A DNA stretch of 64,000 nucleotides from Spirochaetia bacterium (GTDB lineage: Bacteria; Spirochaetota; Spirochaetia; CADAEX01), in NCBI GenBank assembly GCA_024402405.1, contig JAKSTW010000001.1:77190-141189 (forward strand). Direction: 5' to 3'. The translations under genes were made by a program, and so were the position numbers. Of the stretch, positions 36,782-46,214 are shown one piece after another; positions within the stretch are counted from its first letter, which is position 1; each line of letters begins with the position of its first letter. Under the pieces are notes generated by a model, which was given only the letters and a program-made list of their open reading frames with translations, was not told the origin of the DNA and did not search any database.

Positions 36782-38223
36782 CAGTTCATCCTCCGTCTGG
36801 CAGCTGCAATAAAAGAAAGTACATACTCATTTTTCTGAATGAGCAAAAGTATGCCATATACTATAACACCGACCAGTATTCCAATTACAGAACTTATGCC
36901 CAGATTTTTGATATAATTAATGCAAAGAATAACAGGTATTGCCATTATCATAGAATCCATCAGGTATTTTCCGAAAGATCTCCATATCTTTCCCAGATGA
37001 ATCAGATCTCTTGCCCGATAAAGCTGGATCCCGGTCACCATTGATTCAGCACAGACTGTGGCAATGGCAGCCCCCATCGCCTGATAGCGGGGAATAAGGA
37101 TCGCATTGAAGATCACATTGGTAACTGCACCGCCAAGAACTGAATACAATGTCCATTTCTCTTTTCTCATAGGCATAAAAAGCTGGTTTCCTATAAAATT
37201 ACCCATTCCGATAATCAATATAATAGGATTCATGATTTTCATTACAGGAACAGCAGCAGCAAAATGCTCACCGCTCATAAGCAGCACAGCGGGACGCCCC
37301 ACACAGCAGAGTCCTACAGCACATGGAACAGCCAGCATAAATAAAACATCAGCGCCTTTATAAATCAGATCGTCAAATTTCACCTTGTCAGTCTTATAAT
37401 AATAAGATAATCGCGGCAGCAGTACAGCACTTATAGCCACCACAAAATTCAGCACGATTCTGTTGATCTTGGTCGCAGCAGTATAAATTCCCACCTGATA
37501 ATCATCAGACAGAAAACCCAGCATAGTTGTGTCCAATGCAGTGTAGATCTTCACAGCGGCGGCCATGGCAAAAAATATAAAAATAGGCCGCAAGTGCTTT
37601 CTCAGCTCCAATCTCTGATAAAGTGAATATTTTATATACTTTCTGGAATGAATTATATTGCACAGGTTTCCGCCCACACTGGCCAGAACTGAGACAGCTG
37701 CATAATTCAGATAATCCTCTTTGGTCCTGACAAATATGAACAGCAGAGCCAGTCCCACAAAATGGAAAATCATAGAACGGATGGCAATATACTGAAAATC
37801 TTCCATGGCATTGTAAAGCCATTCCATCCCCATCGTATTAAACAGTATGGTGGCACTGAATATGCACAGCAATGCCCTGTAATGGCTGAATTTCGGCACT
37901 GCCACCAATGCAATTCCCAGGAGAATATAAGATACAAGCGTGGAAATCAGGTTGATCGACAGAATTTCCTTAGCAACTTTGCTGCGCTGCGCCAGATCAT
38001 CCCGCACTTTTGCCACTTCCCTGATGCCATAGACAGATATTCCCAACGAAGCTATGATCACAAAATACTGGATGACATACCTGGCAAAATTCACCTTGCC
38101 CACTCCATCTGGCAGCAATATACGGGATGTATATGGGAACGTGATGAGCGGGAAAATTAGATTCATGGCAGTCTTGAACATATTCAGAGCTGCATTTTTC
38201 TTAAGGGAAGGAGCTTTATCCAA
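36781..38223 (-). CDS. wzx: Wzx-type polysaccharide flippase (MOP/PST family), second copy in locus
   Basis: 480 aa; many TM helices; N-terminus KKNAALNMFKTAMNLIFPLITFPYTSRILLPDGVGKVNF is the characteristic PST-family opening. Confidence 0.65.
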   Translation of the reverse strand: MDKAPSLKKNAALNMFKTAMNLIFPLITFPYTSRILLPDGVGKVNFARYVIQYFVIIASLGISVYGIREVAKVRDDLAQRSKVAKEILSINLISTLVSYILLGIALVAVPKFSHYRALLCIFSATILFNTMGMEWLYNAMEDFQYIAIRSMIFHFVGLALLFIFVRTKEDYLNYAAVSVLASVGGNLCNIIHSRKYIKYSLYQRLELRKHLRPIFIFFAMAAAVKIYTALDTTMLGFLSDDYQVGIYTAATKINRIVLNFVVAISAVLLPRLSYYYKTDKVKFDDLIYKGADVLFMLAVPCAVGLCCVGRPAVLLMSGEHFAAAVPVMKIMNPIILIIGMGNFIGNQLFMPMRKEKWTLYSVLGGAVTNVIFNAILIPRYQAMGAAIATVCAESMVTGIQLYRARDLIHLGKIWRSFGKYLMDSMIMAIPVILCINYIKNLGISSVIGILVGVIVYGILLLIQKNEYVLSFIAAARRRMN

Positions 38224-39196
38224 AAATATGTTTCCTTATAAAGTTTTTTATAGGAACAGGTATCATTCTTTTTATTTTCATCTTCAGAAGATTGACAGGA
38301 TCATATCTGAAAAGGATTTTCTCAATTTCTGCGCTTATTCTGCGGATCTTTTTCAGATTTTCATGGGTACTGTTTTTACGGTCACCATTATACATCTGGC
38401 AGAATTTTCTTCCCAGCAGTCCTATATGTGTACCGGCAAGACCATGTTCCTCATAGTATGATACTATCATACTGAATACAGACAACCTTGGGGCAGCTAC
38501 TTTATCTCTGCATCCCATTATTGAATTTGCCCTCTGCCGATATTTATAAAAATATTTATCAAGATAATATCCATACTGAATATTCACAGCATAGCAATAA
38601 AAGAAATAATTATCTTCCAGAATGTATCCGTCTGGGAATCGCAGATTCAGTTTCTTCAGCACAGAAGCCCTGAAAAGTTTATTCCATACAGTAACTGTGG
38701 TATCAAAAATAACATCATCTGTCATTTTCTGCTTGCCGGAAAATTTCATAGCATGATATTTTTTTTCACCTGTCACCCGAGGATGATCGCCAGGCAGATC
38801 ATCAGATACGATCTCAGCGCCAAAACAGACCAGGTCTATTTCTTTATCTTTCTTAAATTCATATAAAACTCGCTCATATGTATCAGGATCGATCCAGTCA
38901 TCAGAGTCTATAAAACCGATATATTCTCCGGAGGCAAGTTCAAGTCCAGCATTACGTGCTACAGACACGCCGCCTTTTTCCAGATCTACAATTTTGATAC
39001 GCTTATCACATCTAGCATATTCTTTCAGAATTTCCAGGGAATTATCTGTGGAACCATCATTAACACAGATTATTTCTATCTTATGGAAGGTCTGATTCAC
39101 CACACTGTCCAGACACTGGCGAAGATATTTCTCAACATTATAGACAGGAATTATCACTGATATCAAAGAACCATTATCTGCATTCATATAACTCAA
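38216..39196 (-). CDS. GT2-family glycosyltransferase
   Basis: 326 aa; LISVIIPVYNVEKYLRQCLDSVVNQTFHKIEIICVNDGSTDNS...FIDSDDW. Confidence 0.75.
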   Translation of the reverse strand: MSYMNADNGSLISVIIPVYNVEKYLRQCLDSVVNQTFHKIEIICVNDGSTDNSLEILKEYARCDKRIKIVDLEKGGVSVARNAGLELASGEYIGFIDSDDWIDPDTYERVLYEFKKDKEIDLVCFGAEIVSDDLPGDHPRVTGEKKYHAMKFSGKQKMTDDVIFDTTVTVWNKLFRASVLKKLNLRFPDGYILEDNYFFYCYAVNIQYGYYLDKYFYKYRQRANSIMGCRDKVAAPRLSVFSMIVSYYEEHGLAGTHIGLLGRKFCQMYNGDRKNSTHENLKKIRRISAEIEKILFRYDPVNLLKMKIKRMIPVPIKNFIRKHIFG

Positions 39197-41196
39197 TTAT
39201 TAATATCGGCAGGATTCCATTCAAGATGCAGCTTAACAATCTGGCCATTCTTAACTTTTTTCGTATATGCGAATGGCTCATCATGCCATACTATCTTGCC
39301 ATCTTGCACTATATTCTCATCATCAACTGTGAAATCAGTATAATTTATATAGACAGGAACCCGTTTATTGTCTGCATTCCGTACATCTTTTCCACGCAAT
39401 GTAATCTTCAGGTTGCCATCATGTCTGCATTTTATTTCTATATCTATATTTCCAGCATTACTTTCTATCACAGTTCCAGTTCCCTTGGCATCTGCAAACC
39501 ACTTTGGAGTATCTGTTCTTGCCGTTTTATCAGAAATACTGATTATCTTGACAGAATTTGAGGCATTTCCATAATTCTTTATGTCTATCCTACCAATGCT
39601 TTGATAAGCATCAGTAAATCTTTGCTCAGTATTTATATCAGACAAAATATACTGTTCTGAACACCAAACAGACAACCTATCAAGTTTATCTGCTTTTACC
39701 GAATCAGGAATCTTTTCTATCTTTTTATTTGAATAAAATAAAATTCTTCCGCCGTCAATCAAATCATAAGCATCTTCAATGGATTTAATGATATAAACCT
39801 CATTGGTATCTTTCAAATATGGAATGATCATACCCAATTTCCACTTTTCATCAGATAAAAGTACAATTTTATTTATGGCATCAGATTTTAAAAATTCCAG
39901 TTTATCGATTTTAGCAGCATCCAGATAATCAATATTCCTGCTGTTGGCATGAACAGGGAATGTACAGCATACCAATATAATGGTCGATATCATTCCAGCT
40001 ATGGTACCAAGGTCTATTCTCTCATTTTTTGCAGTATAAATCAAAGCAAATATAGGTATAGCAGGTGCCACATACCGTCCGGTTTTATATGGTGCCAGGA
40101 ATAGTGCAAATATATAAAACAGCAAAAGTCCACATGAAAACAGCAGAACACCACAATTTTCAGCTCTATTTTTCCTGCATAAAATTAAAATCAGATATAC
40201 GAAATTAATACACCAAAGCAATTTAAGCCATACATTGTTAAAGGTATAGATTTTCAATAAATTATAACATGTTTTTTTAAAGTTACCTGTCAGGTCATGT
40301 CCGGAAAGCTTCTGAAAGGCCGCTGTGCCTTGATATACAAAGAAACCGGAACCATAATCCCAGTATATAATCTTGGCAACCGCAAATCCAAGCAACAGAG
40401 CACCAAACATAAACAGGAGCATATCATATCGTTTATGAACGATCGTCTTTATAACCAGTATCAATCCCAGGATTCCAATATAAATCAGGGAAAAATAACC
40501 TGTCAGAAGAGTCAGTCCGATACACAGTGCACTGACCAGCATATTTCTGACATTGATGACAGGCTCATTGTTATCCACTGCCTTATAAAAGGCAAAATAA
40601 AGATATGTAAACAGGATGAACATCGTCTCCTGCAGTGGATATGGGCGCAGGAAAAGGGATGATGATATTGTCAGCGGATAAAAAAAAGCCACACACAGCC
40701 CTATAAGCACGGCCTTATCCGATGTGGTCAACTCGCACAGCAAGGCACACATCAGATAAAACGATAACATAAAAAACAGCAGATTCAGCAGGAATCCGAT
40801 CCTGATGATACAATGATAATCGCTGGTTTTTATTCCGGTGAAACACAGTCTGAACAGGCTGTAATAAAAATTAGTATGGGGAGTGTCTGGATTATTGTTC
40901 CAAAGAATTTTCAGGTCATGTAATGTATCACGTTTGCTGTCGGAATCAAACAGAAACATTTCCTTTAGCTGGGAACCAGAATATTTCTTTCCACACAATT
41001 CATCAAATGGTTTATAAAATTCATCATTATGGTTTGATATGACAACGCTGAGCCACTCATCCAGATGCAGACTCTTCTTGTTGTCACACCAGCACACCCG
41101 GCACAACATCTGAAGTATGAAGATAACCAGCAGGTAATAGAAGAATTTTTTGTTCTGTGTTCTTTTTTTTATTGTACTGTAAGGATGGATAATCAT
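39193..41196 (-). CDS. Polytopic membrane protein, putative GT-C-fold glycosyltransferase/polymerase, with a ~120-aa C-terminal extracytoplasmic domain shared with the lipoprotein at 46215..48326
   Basis: 667 aa; ~12 TM helices with an early HLDEW (DE-type) motif as in ArnT/PMT-like GT-C enzymes; C-terminal soluble domain RIDIKNYGNASNSVKIISI...WHDEPFAYTKKVKNGQIVKL. Confidence 0.35.
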   Translation of the reverse strand: MIIHPYSTIKKRTQNKKFFYYLLVIFILQMLCRVCWCDNKKSLHLDEWLSVVISNHNDEFYKPFDELCGKKYSGSQLKEMFLFDSDSKRDTLHDLKILWNNNPDTPHTNFYYSLFRLCFTGIKTSDYHCIIRIGFLLNLLFFMLSFYLMCALLCELTTSDKAVLIGLCVAFFYPLTISSSLFLRPYPLQETMFILFTYLYFAFYKAVDNNEPVINVRNMLVSALCIGLTLLTGYFSLIYIGILGLILVIKTIVHKRYDMLLFMFGALLLGFAVAKIIYWDYGSGFFVYQGTAAFQKLSGHDLTGNFKKTCYNLLKIYTFNNVWLKLLWCINFVYLILILCRKNRAENCGVLLFSCGLLLFYIFALFLAPYKTGRYVAPAIPIFALIYTAKNERIDLGTIAGMISTIILVCCTFPVHANSRNIDYLDAAKIDKLEFLKSDAINKIVLLSDEKWKLGMIIPYLKDTNEVYIIKSIEDAYDLIDGGRILFYSNKKIEKIPDSVKADKLDRLSVWCSEQYILSDINTEQRFTDAYQSIGRIDIKNYGNASNSVKIISISDKTARTDTPKWFADAKGTGTVIESNAGNIDIEIKCRHDGNLKITLRGKDVRNADNKRVPVYINYTDFTVDDENIVQDGKIVWHDEPFAYTKKVKNGQIVKLHLEWNPADINN

Positions 41197-43217
41197 AACA
41201 GCCTTTTTATTTTTTTTCTTACTTTTTTGCAGAATAATTTGACTGTATATATGAAACCATGCTGTTTGATGCAGCGCAGACCGCCTTTGAACTTTTTAAC
41301 TAACTTTTTAACCAAATAAAAATATTTGCTTGTCAGGAAAAAATATTTTCTAATAAAATTTTTATAATTCTTATCATTTTTAATTTTATGTTCCAGGAAC
41401 ATGCTACCGTGACTAGCGTCAATATATTCTAATATATTTTTCATAAAAATATCATTTTTATTTTCGGTAACATTACTTTTCCACAAAGCAGTTTCTTGTG
41501 TTTCTGGAATATATCGTAATTTACGCGCTGGATAACAATTTACTACAGGAATATTATTCATAACCTCTATCATTTTCAGCCATAAATCATCCGCAGCTAA
41601 ACACAAATGAGAAATCAATTCTTTATTATAATATTCGGATTTCATCAACTCCACTGGATATAAACACCCACCGACACCAGTTGCCAGTAATGCCATAGAT
41701 GGTATATTTAAACAATAATCATAACTATGAACCCAATCATTATAAGATTTTATTGATCCGTCTTTATTAAAGAGCATCAGATGAGTTCTCAATGTACTTA
41801 TACAATCAGGATGCAATAGATATGAAATATACAAAGATTCCAATAATTTATTATCATATAGAATATCGTCGTCAACTGTAACTACTAAATCTTTTGGATA
41901 TTTATGAAATGCATAAAAATATTTATTATGTGGACGTAAATTATCATCATACCAATGTATTTCAACTTGTTTTGAATCAACTAATGTAAGTAATGTTTTT
42001 GGCAAATTTTTTCCACTATTCTCAAATTCAGATCTTACCAAACACAAAATTATCTTATCTGCCTTATAAGTCTGATTAATAATTGCCGTCAATACAAAAT
42101 GTATACCATCTATTCTTGCAGGATATGTAGTTAAAGAAACAATTAATTTTTTATTTCTTAATTTTTGAATACATTCATATGTATTATTTTTTAATATTAA
42201 GAACTTATAATATTTTAGTTTATCACCAATCAAATCTTCTGATAAAGAAATAAATTCTGAAGTATTAAATTTTTTATGTATTGCATCATAAAAAGGTTTC
42301 ACAACATCAGCGTTAAAATCAGGACAATTATTTTCCAACCCGTAAATATAATTATCAATTATAAAACGATAAAGTGATATTTTTATTTTATTAAAATAAG
42401 GTAATTTTTTTATTTGTGCTTCTGCACTTTCTAATGCCTTTACAATATTCATTATGTTCTTTGCTTTTGTAGAAGTAATAGTGCCAGCTTGACCCCATCT
42501 ATATCTATAGAATTTTTCCGTTGTGTAACTTATTCTTTTCGCTCTTGCCAAAGCAACAGCAGCAAAAGTAATATCATTTTGCGTAGATATAGGTTCAAAA
42601 TACAAATTATTATTTCGAATGAAAGAAGCATTAAAAAGTTTGTTCCATGGCGTAGGATTTATTGTCTGCAAAATATTTTTAGGACAGTCTTTATAATTAA
42701 ATACATTATTTTTTTTATTAATTCTTTTGGGATTTATTTCTGTCCTATCAATTTCAGTACCATCTTCAAAAAATTTTACTCCGTTAAAGGCAACTATATC
42801 AGCTTTATTTTTATCTGCTAATTCCACTGTTTTTGCAAGCAAAAATTCAGAACATAAATCATCTGAATCCATAAAATATACATACTCACCTTTTGCCACA
42901 GTAAATCCTGCATTACGAGCAACACCAGCATGTAAATTTTCTTGGGTTATAACGGTAATTCTATTATCTTTTTTCGCATATTCTCTTAATATTTCTAATG
43001 AACTATCTGTAGAACCGTCATCCACGCAGATGATTTCTATTTCCTGCAAGGTCTGATTCACCACACTGTCCAGACACTGGGGCAGATACTCAGCTGTATT
43101 ATACACAGGAATAATTACTGATACTTTCGGAGTATAACCAATTTTATTTTGAATTAAAATTTTTGCAGTTGTATCTGGATCACCATTAGCATTGTGCACT
43201 AAAATTTTTTCTGTCAT
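41193..43217 (-). CDS. Two-domain glycosyltransferase (N-terminal GT2 + C-terminal second DXD-type GT domain)
   Basis: 674 aa; N-term VSVIIPVYNTAEYLPQCLDSVVNQT...FMDSDD (GT2); the second half begins KLIVSLTTYPARIDGI...VTVDDDILY, a separate GT-A-like module. Confidence 0.6.
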   Translation of the reverse strand: MTEKILVHNANGDPDTTAKILIQNKIGYTPKVSVIIPVYNTAEYLPQCLDSVVNQTLQEIEIICVDDGSTDSSLEILREYAKKDNRITVITQENLHAGVARNAGFTVAKGEYVYFMDSDDLCSEFLLAKTVELADKNKADIVAFNGVKFFEDGTEIDRTEINPKRINKKNNVFNYKDCPKNILQTINPTPWNKLFNASFIRNNNLYFEPISTQNDITFAAVALARAKRISYTTEKFYRYRWGQAGTITSTKAKNIMNIVKALESAEAQIKKLPYFNKIKISLYRFIIDNYIYGLENNCPDFNADVVKPFYDAIHKKFNTSEFISLSEDLIGDKLKYYKFLILKNNTYECIQKLRNKKLIVSLTTYPARIDGIHFVLTAIINQTYKADKIILCLVRSEFENSGKNLPKTLLTLVDSKQVEIHWYDDNLRPHNKYFYAFHKYPKDLVVTVDDDILYDNKLLESLYISYLLHPDCISTLRTHLMLFNKDGSIKSYNDWVHSYDYCLNIPSMALLATGVGGCLYPVELMKSEYYNKELISHLCLAADDLWLKMIEVMNNIPVVNCYPARKLRYIPETQETALWKSNVTENKNDIFMKNILEYIDASHGSMFLEHKIKNDKNYKNFIRKYFFLTSKYFYLVKKLVKKFKGGLRCIKQHGFIYTVKLFCKKVRKKIKRLL

Positions 43218-43251
43218 ATTTACCTCAATATATTATTCATTTCTTCCGATA

Positions 43252-44778
43252 TCACAGACTGTCCCGATATTTTTTCACTGTTTCTCCGGGATCTCCATCA
43301 GCCATTATCTTTCCATGATCGAACCAGATCGCCCGCGTACATTCTTTTTCAACAAATCCCAGACTATGAGTAACCACGATCACGGCCTTGGCGTTTTTCA
43401 TCATGCAGTGAATGGTATCGCTGGCTTTTTTCTGGAAAGAAGCATCTCCAGCGCTGAGAGCTTCATCAATGATGAAAAGTTCAGGCTGGATCGCCGCAGC
43501 AATGCTGAATCCAAGTTTTGAACGCATTCCGCTGGAATAATTCTTCACTTCCTTATCCACATCTTTGCCCAGATCAGCAAACTCAAGGATCTGAGGGCGG
43601 AGTTCCAGCAGTTTTTTCTTAGGTATACCGATCATCATGCCATTAAGAAGAATATTGTCTGAAGCCGGAAGCTGCATATTGAATCCCGACCCCAATGACA
43701 GCAGAGCAGAGGTTTTGCCATCAACAGTAAGAGTTCCCTCATCAGGACGGTAAATACCGGTCAGCACACGGCAGAGTGTAGATTTCCCGGCTCCATTATG
43801 CCCGATGATACCTACAATATCCCCTTCTTTTATCTCAAAACTTACATTCCGCAGTGCCCAGAATTTATCTTTTCCGATCCTGAAGCAGATCCCCATAGCA
43901 GTCGCCTTAATGAAGGTTTTGGCATCAGATATTGGCATAGGTCCAGCAGGCACTTTTTTTATAACTTCCAGATTTTTTCTCACCACAGATGCCGGAGCAG
44001 GAACTTTCTTCTGCGGGATATAGCCTTTTCCATAAACAGATTCAAGGTATGCATCTGCAACTTTCTCAGGAGCCCCTTCTGACTTTATATATCCCTTGTC
44101 GATCCATATTGCCCTGGTGCAGCGAGATCTGACAAATTCCATATCATGAGTGACTATCACGATCATCCGGGCTTTTTTTATCAGCTCTTCCATTTTTGCG
44201 GCTGACTTCTGACGGAACCTTTCGTCTCCGGTGCTTAAAGTCTCATCCAGAACCAGTGTTTCAGGGGCCAGCATGGCAGCTATGCTGAATCCAAGGCGGA
44301 CACGCATACCGGAGGAATATTTTTTCAGAGGGATCCTGATAAATTCTCCAAGCTCTGAAAATTCCACTATCTCATTGAAATGCTGTCTCATCTCCCGGTG
44401 GGAAAATCCCATCATCATTCCATTGAGATAAATATTTTCTTCTCCTGTAAGCTCATTGTCAAAACCGGCACCAAGAGACAGAAGTGCAGATACATTTCCG
44501 TCTATGGAAAGTTTTCCGCGGTCAGGTCTCAGAAGATCACTCAGGATCCTGCACAGAGTGGTCTTCCCGGTGCCATTGGAACCGATAATGCCCAGAATTT
44601 CTCCGGCAAATCCTTCAAAGCTGATATCCTGAAGTATCCATTTTTTTCCTCTACCGGCTTTCTTTCCTTTGGCTATATTCAGCATCATGGAACGGAAATC
44701 ATCGCAGGTACGGTCTGCATAATAATAGAGAGCTAAATTCTGTGCATCGATTATTTTTTCAGGATCATCACTCATCAT
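43252..44778 (-). CDS. ABC-2-type polysaccharide/teichoic-acid exporter ATP-binding protein (TagH/Wzt/KpsT-like) with two tandem NBDs
   Basis: 508 aa; two complete sets of Walker A (GSNGTGKTT; GHNGAGKST), signature (YSSGMRVRLGFSIA; YSSGMRSKLGFSIA) and Walker B (LVLDETLS; FIIDEALS). Confidence 0.7.
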   Translation of the reverse strand: MMSDDPEKIIDAQNLALYYYADRTCDDFRSMMLNIAKGKKAGRGKKWILQDISFEGFAGEILGIIGSNGTGKTTLCRILSDLLRPDRGKLSIDGNVSALLSLGAGFDNELTGEENIYLNGMMMGFSHREMRQHFNEIVEFSELGEFIRIPLKKYSSGMRVRLGFSIAAMLAPETLVLDETLSTGDERFRQKSAAKMEELIKKARMIVIVTHDMEFVRSRCTRAIWIDKGYIKSEGAPEKVADAYLESVYGKGYIPQKKVPAPASVVRKNLEVIKKVPAGPMPISDAKTFIKATAMGICFRIGKDKFWALRNVSFEIKEGDIVGIIGHNGAGKSTLCRVLTGIYRPDEGTLTVDGKTSALLSLGSGFNMQLPASDNILLNGMMIGIPKKKLLELRPQILEFADLGKDVDKEVKNYSSGMRSKLGFSIAAAIQPELFIIDEALSAGDASFQKKASDTIHCMMKNAKAVIVVTHSLGFVEKECTRAIWFDHGKIMADGDPGETVKKYRDSL

Positions 44779-45551
44779 AAAGCCTTGACGATCTTATGCT
44801 CATTTTTATCAAAAAACCATAACAATCCCAGAATTGCAGCCACAGAGAAACCCATCAGAACAGCAAGAAGCCTGAAATCAGGGAATCTTCCATACATGAA
44901 TACATCTCTGTATGCCTGAAGCAGCCAGGCGATTGGATCATATCTGACCACCCACTGATATTTTTCAGGCAGAAATGTAACCTCCCATATTACAGGGGCA
45001 ATGAAATGAAGGATCATTATTATGTGTCCCACTACATTCTTAAAGTCCCGGATAAATATGCAGATATAGGAAAGGAACATGGCTATGGCCAGCTGGAACA
45101 GCAGTTGTACCAGAATGATCAGCGGCAGGCATACCAGCTGTATTCCCGGCATTCTGTGGAAAAACAGCATGAATCCCTCAACTATCAGAAGTCCGAACAG
45201 AAAGTTTATAGTCTGGGACAGAGTAGTTCCCACCGCAAAAATAGCCTTGGGCAGATAGACCTGGGTTATTATTCCGCTGTGGGACAGAATGGCATTGCAG
45301 GACATGCTTACTGTGGTGCTGAAATACCTGAACACGATCATTCCGACAACAAGAAACGGTGAATAATCAGGAGAGCCGCGTTTCATTATCACAGCTACAA
45401 GAAAATAATAAATCAATATATTCAGAAACGGATCCAGCAGCCACCATAAATAACCAAGCGCCGTGTTTCTGTTCTCTGCCTTCAATCCGGTGACCACCAG
45501 ATAGGAAACCAGATCTTTTCGCTTCCACATCTCCTTCATATATCTGATCAT
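44775..45551 (-). CDS. ABC-2-type exporter permease (TagG/Wzm/KpsM family)
   Basis: 258 aa, 6 TM helices; YLWWLLDPFLNILIYYFLV is the ABC-2 family signature region. Confidence 0.7.
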   Translation of the reverse strand: MIRYMKEMWKRKDLVSYLVVTGLKAENRNTALGYLWWLLDPFLNILIYYFLVAVIMKRGSPDYSPFLVVGMIVFRYFSTTVSMSCNAILSHSGIITQVYLPKAIFAVGTTLSQTINFLFGLLIVEGFMLFFHRMPGIQLVCLPLIILVQLLFQLAIAMFLSYICIFIRDFKNVVGHIIMILHFIAPVIWEVTFLPEKYQWVVRYDPIAWLLQAYRDVFMYGRFPDFRLLAVLMGFSVAAILGLLWFFDKNEHKIVKAL

Positions 45552-46087
45552 GATTCAATTCCTTTTCCGTCAATATTTCCTGTTATGTTCAGAATAAAAA
45601 GTTCTTCGATATCATGCCCTATGATAAAAATACAGGAATTTTTATCAGAAACCGAATCCACAAGTTCCAGTCTGTTTTTCAGACACATATATTCAGCAAT
45701 TCCGCGCAGAAAACTGGAAACAGGAATATAAACTTTCCGGATATCTTTCCCAGCCTGCTGATAAATTATCTTTTCCAGCAGCTCTGAATAATATCTCATT
45801 CTTGAATTAAATTCAGAGATCTCCAGCGCTGAATCTGCTTTCAGCATTCCGATACCAGCCTCTGTCAGCTGATAGCGCATATTACGGCTGTTGGTCTTTA
45901 TCAATCTGATAAGTCCATTTTTCTCCATATTCCGGAGAATGGCATTGATCATACCCAATGATAAGGATGCAGCATCTGCAAGCTCACGCTGCTTGATGGA
46001 GGAGTTTTTATAAATATGTCTGAGGATAACGGTTTCTTTAGTCACCAGTTCAAGATTCAGGGCATAATCTGCCCAGTGAAATGACAT
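45548..46087 (-). CDS. Winged-helix (MarR/PadR-like) transcriptional regulator; first gene of the minus-strand operon
   Basis: 179 aa; SIKQRELADAASLSLGMINAILRNMEKNGLI is an HTH; 127-bp promoter-type gap upstream (46088-46214) containing a TTGTTC-n7-GAACAA inverted repeat. Confidence 0.45.
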   Translation of the reverse strand: MSFHWADYALNLELVTKETVILRHIYKNSSIKQRELADAASLSLGMINAILRNMEKNGLIRLIKTNSRNMRYQLTEAGIGMLKADSALEISEFNSRMRYYSELLEKIIYQQAGKDIRKVYIPVSSFLRGIAEYMCLKNRLELVDSVSDKNSCIFIIGHDIEELFILNITGNIDGKGIES

Positions 46088-46214
46088 GAAAATTTCATTT
46101 TATAAAAGCAAAACGCCGCCGCAACAGGCTGTTTCCCAGAATAAAATGTTGTTCAAAGATAGAACAAGTTTATATCATTCTGCGAGGTTTTGCAATGAAA
46201 AAAGAAAATTTTAT

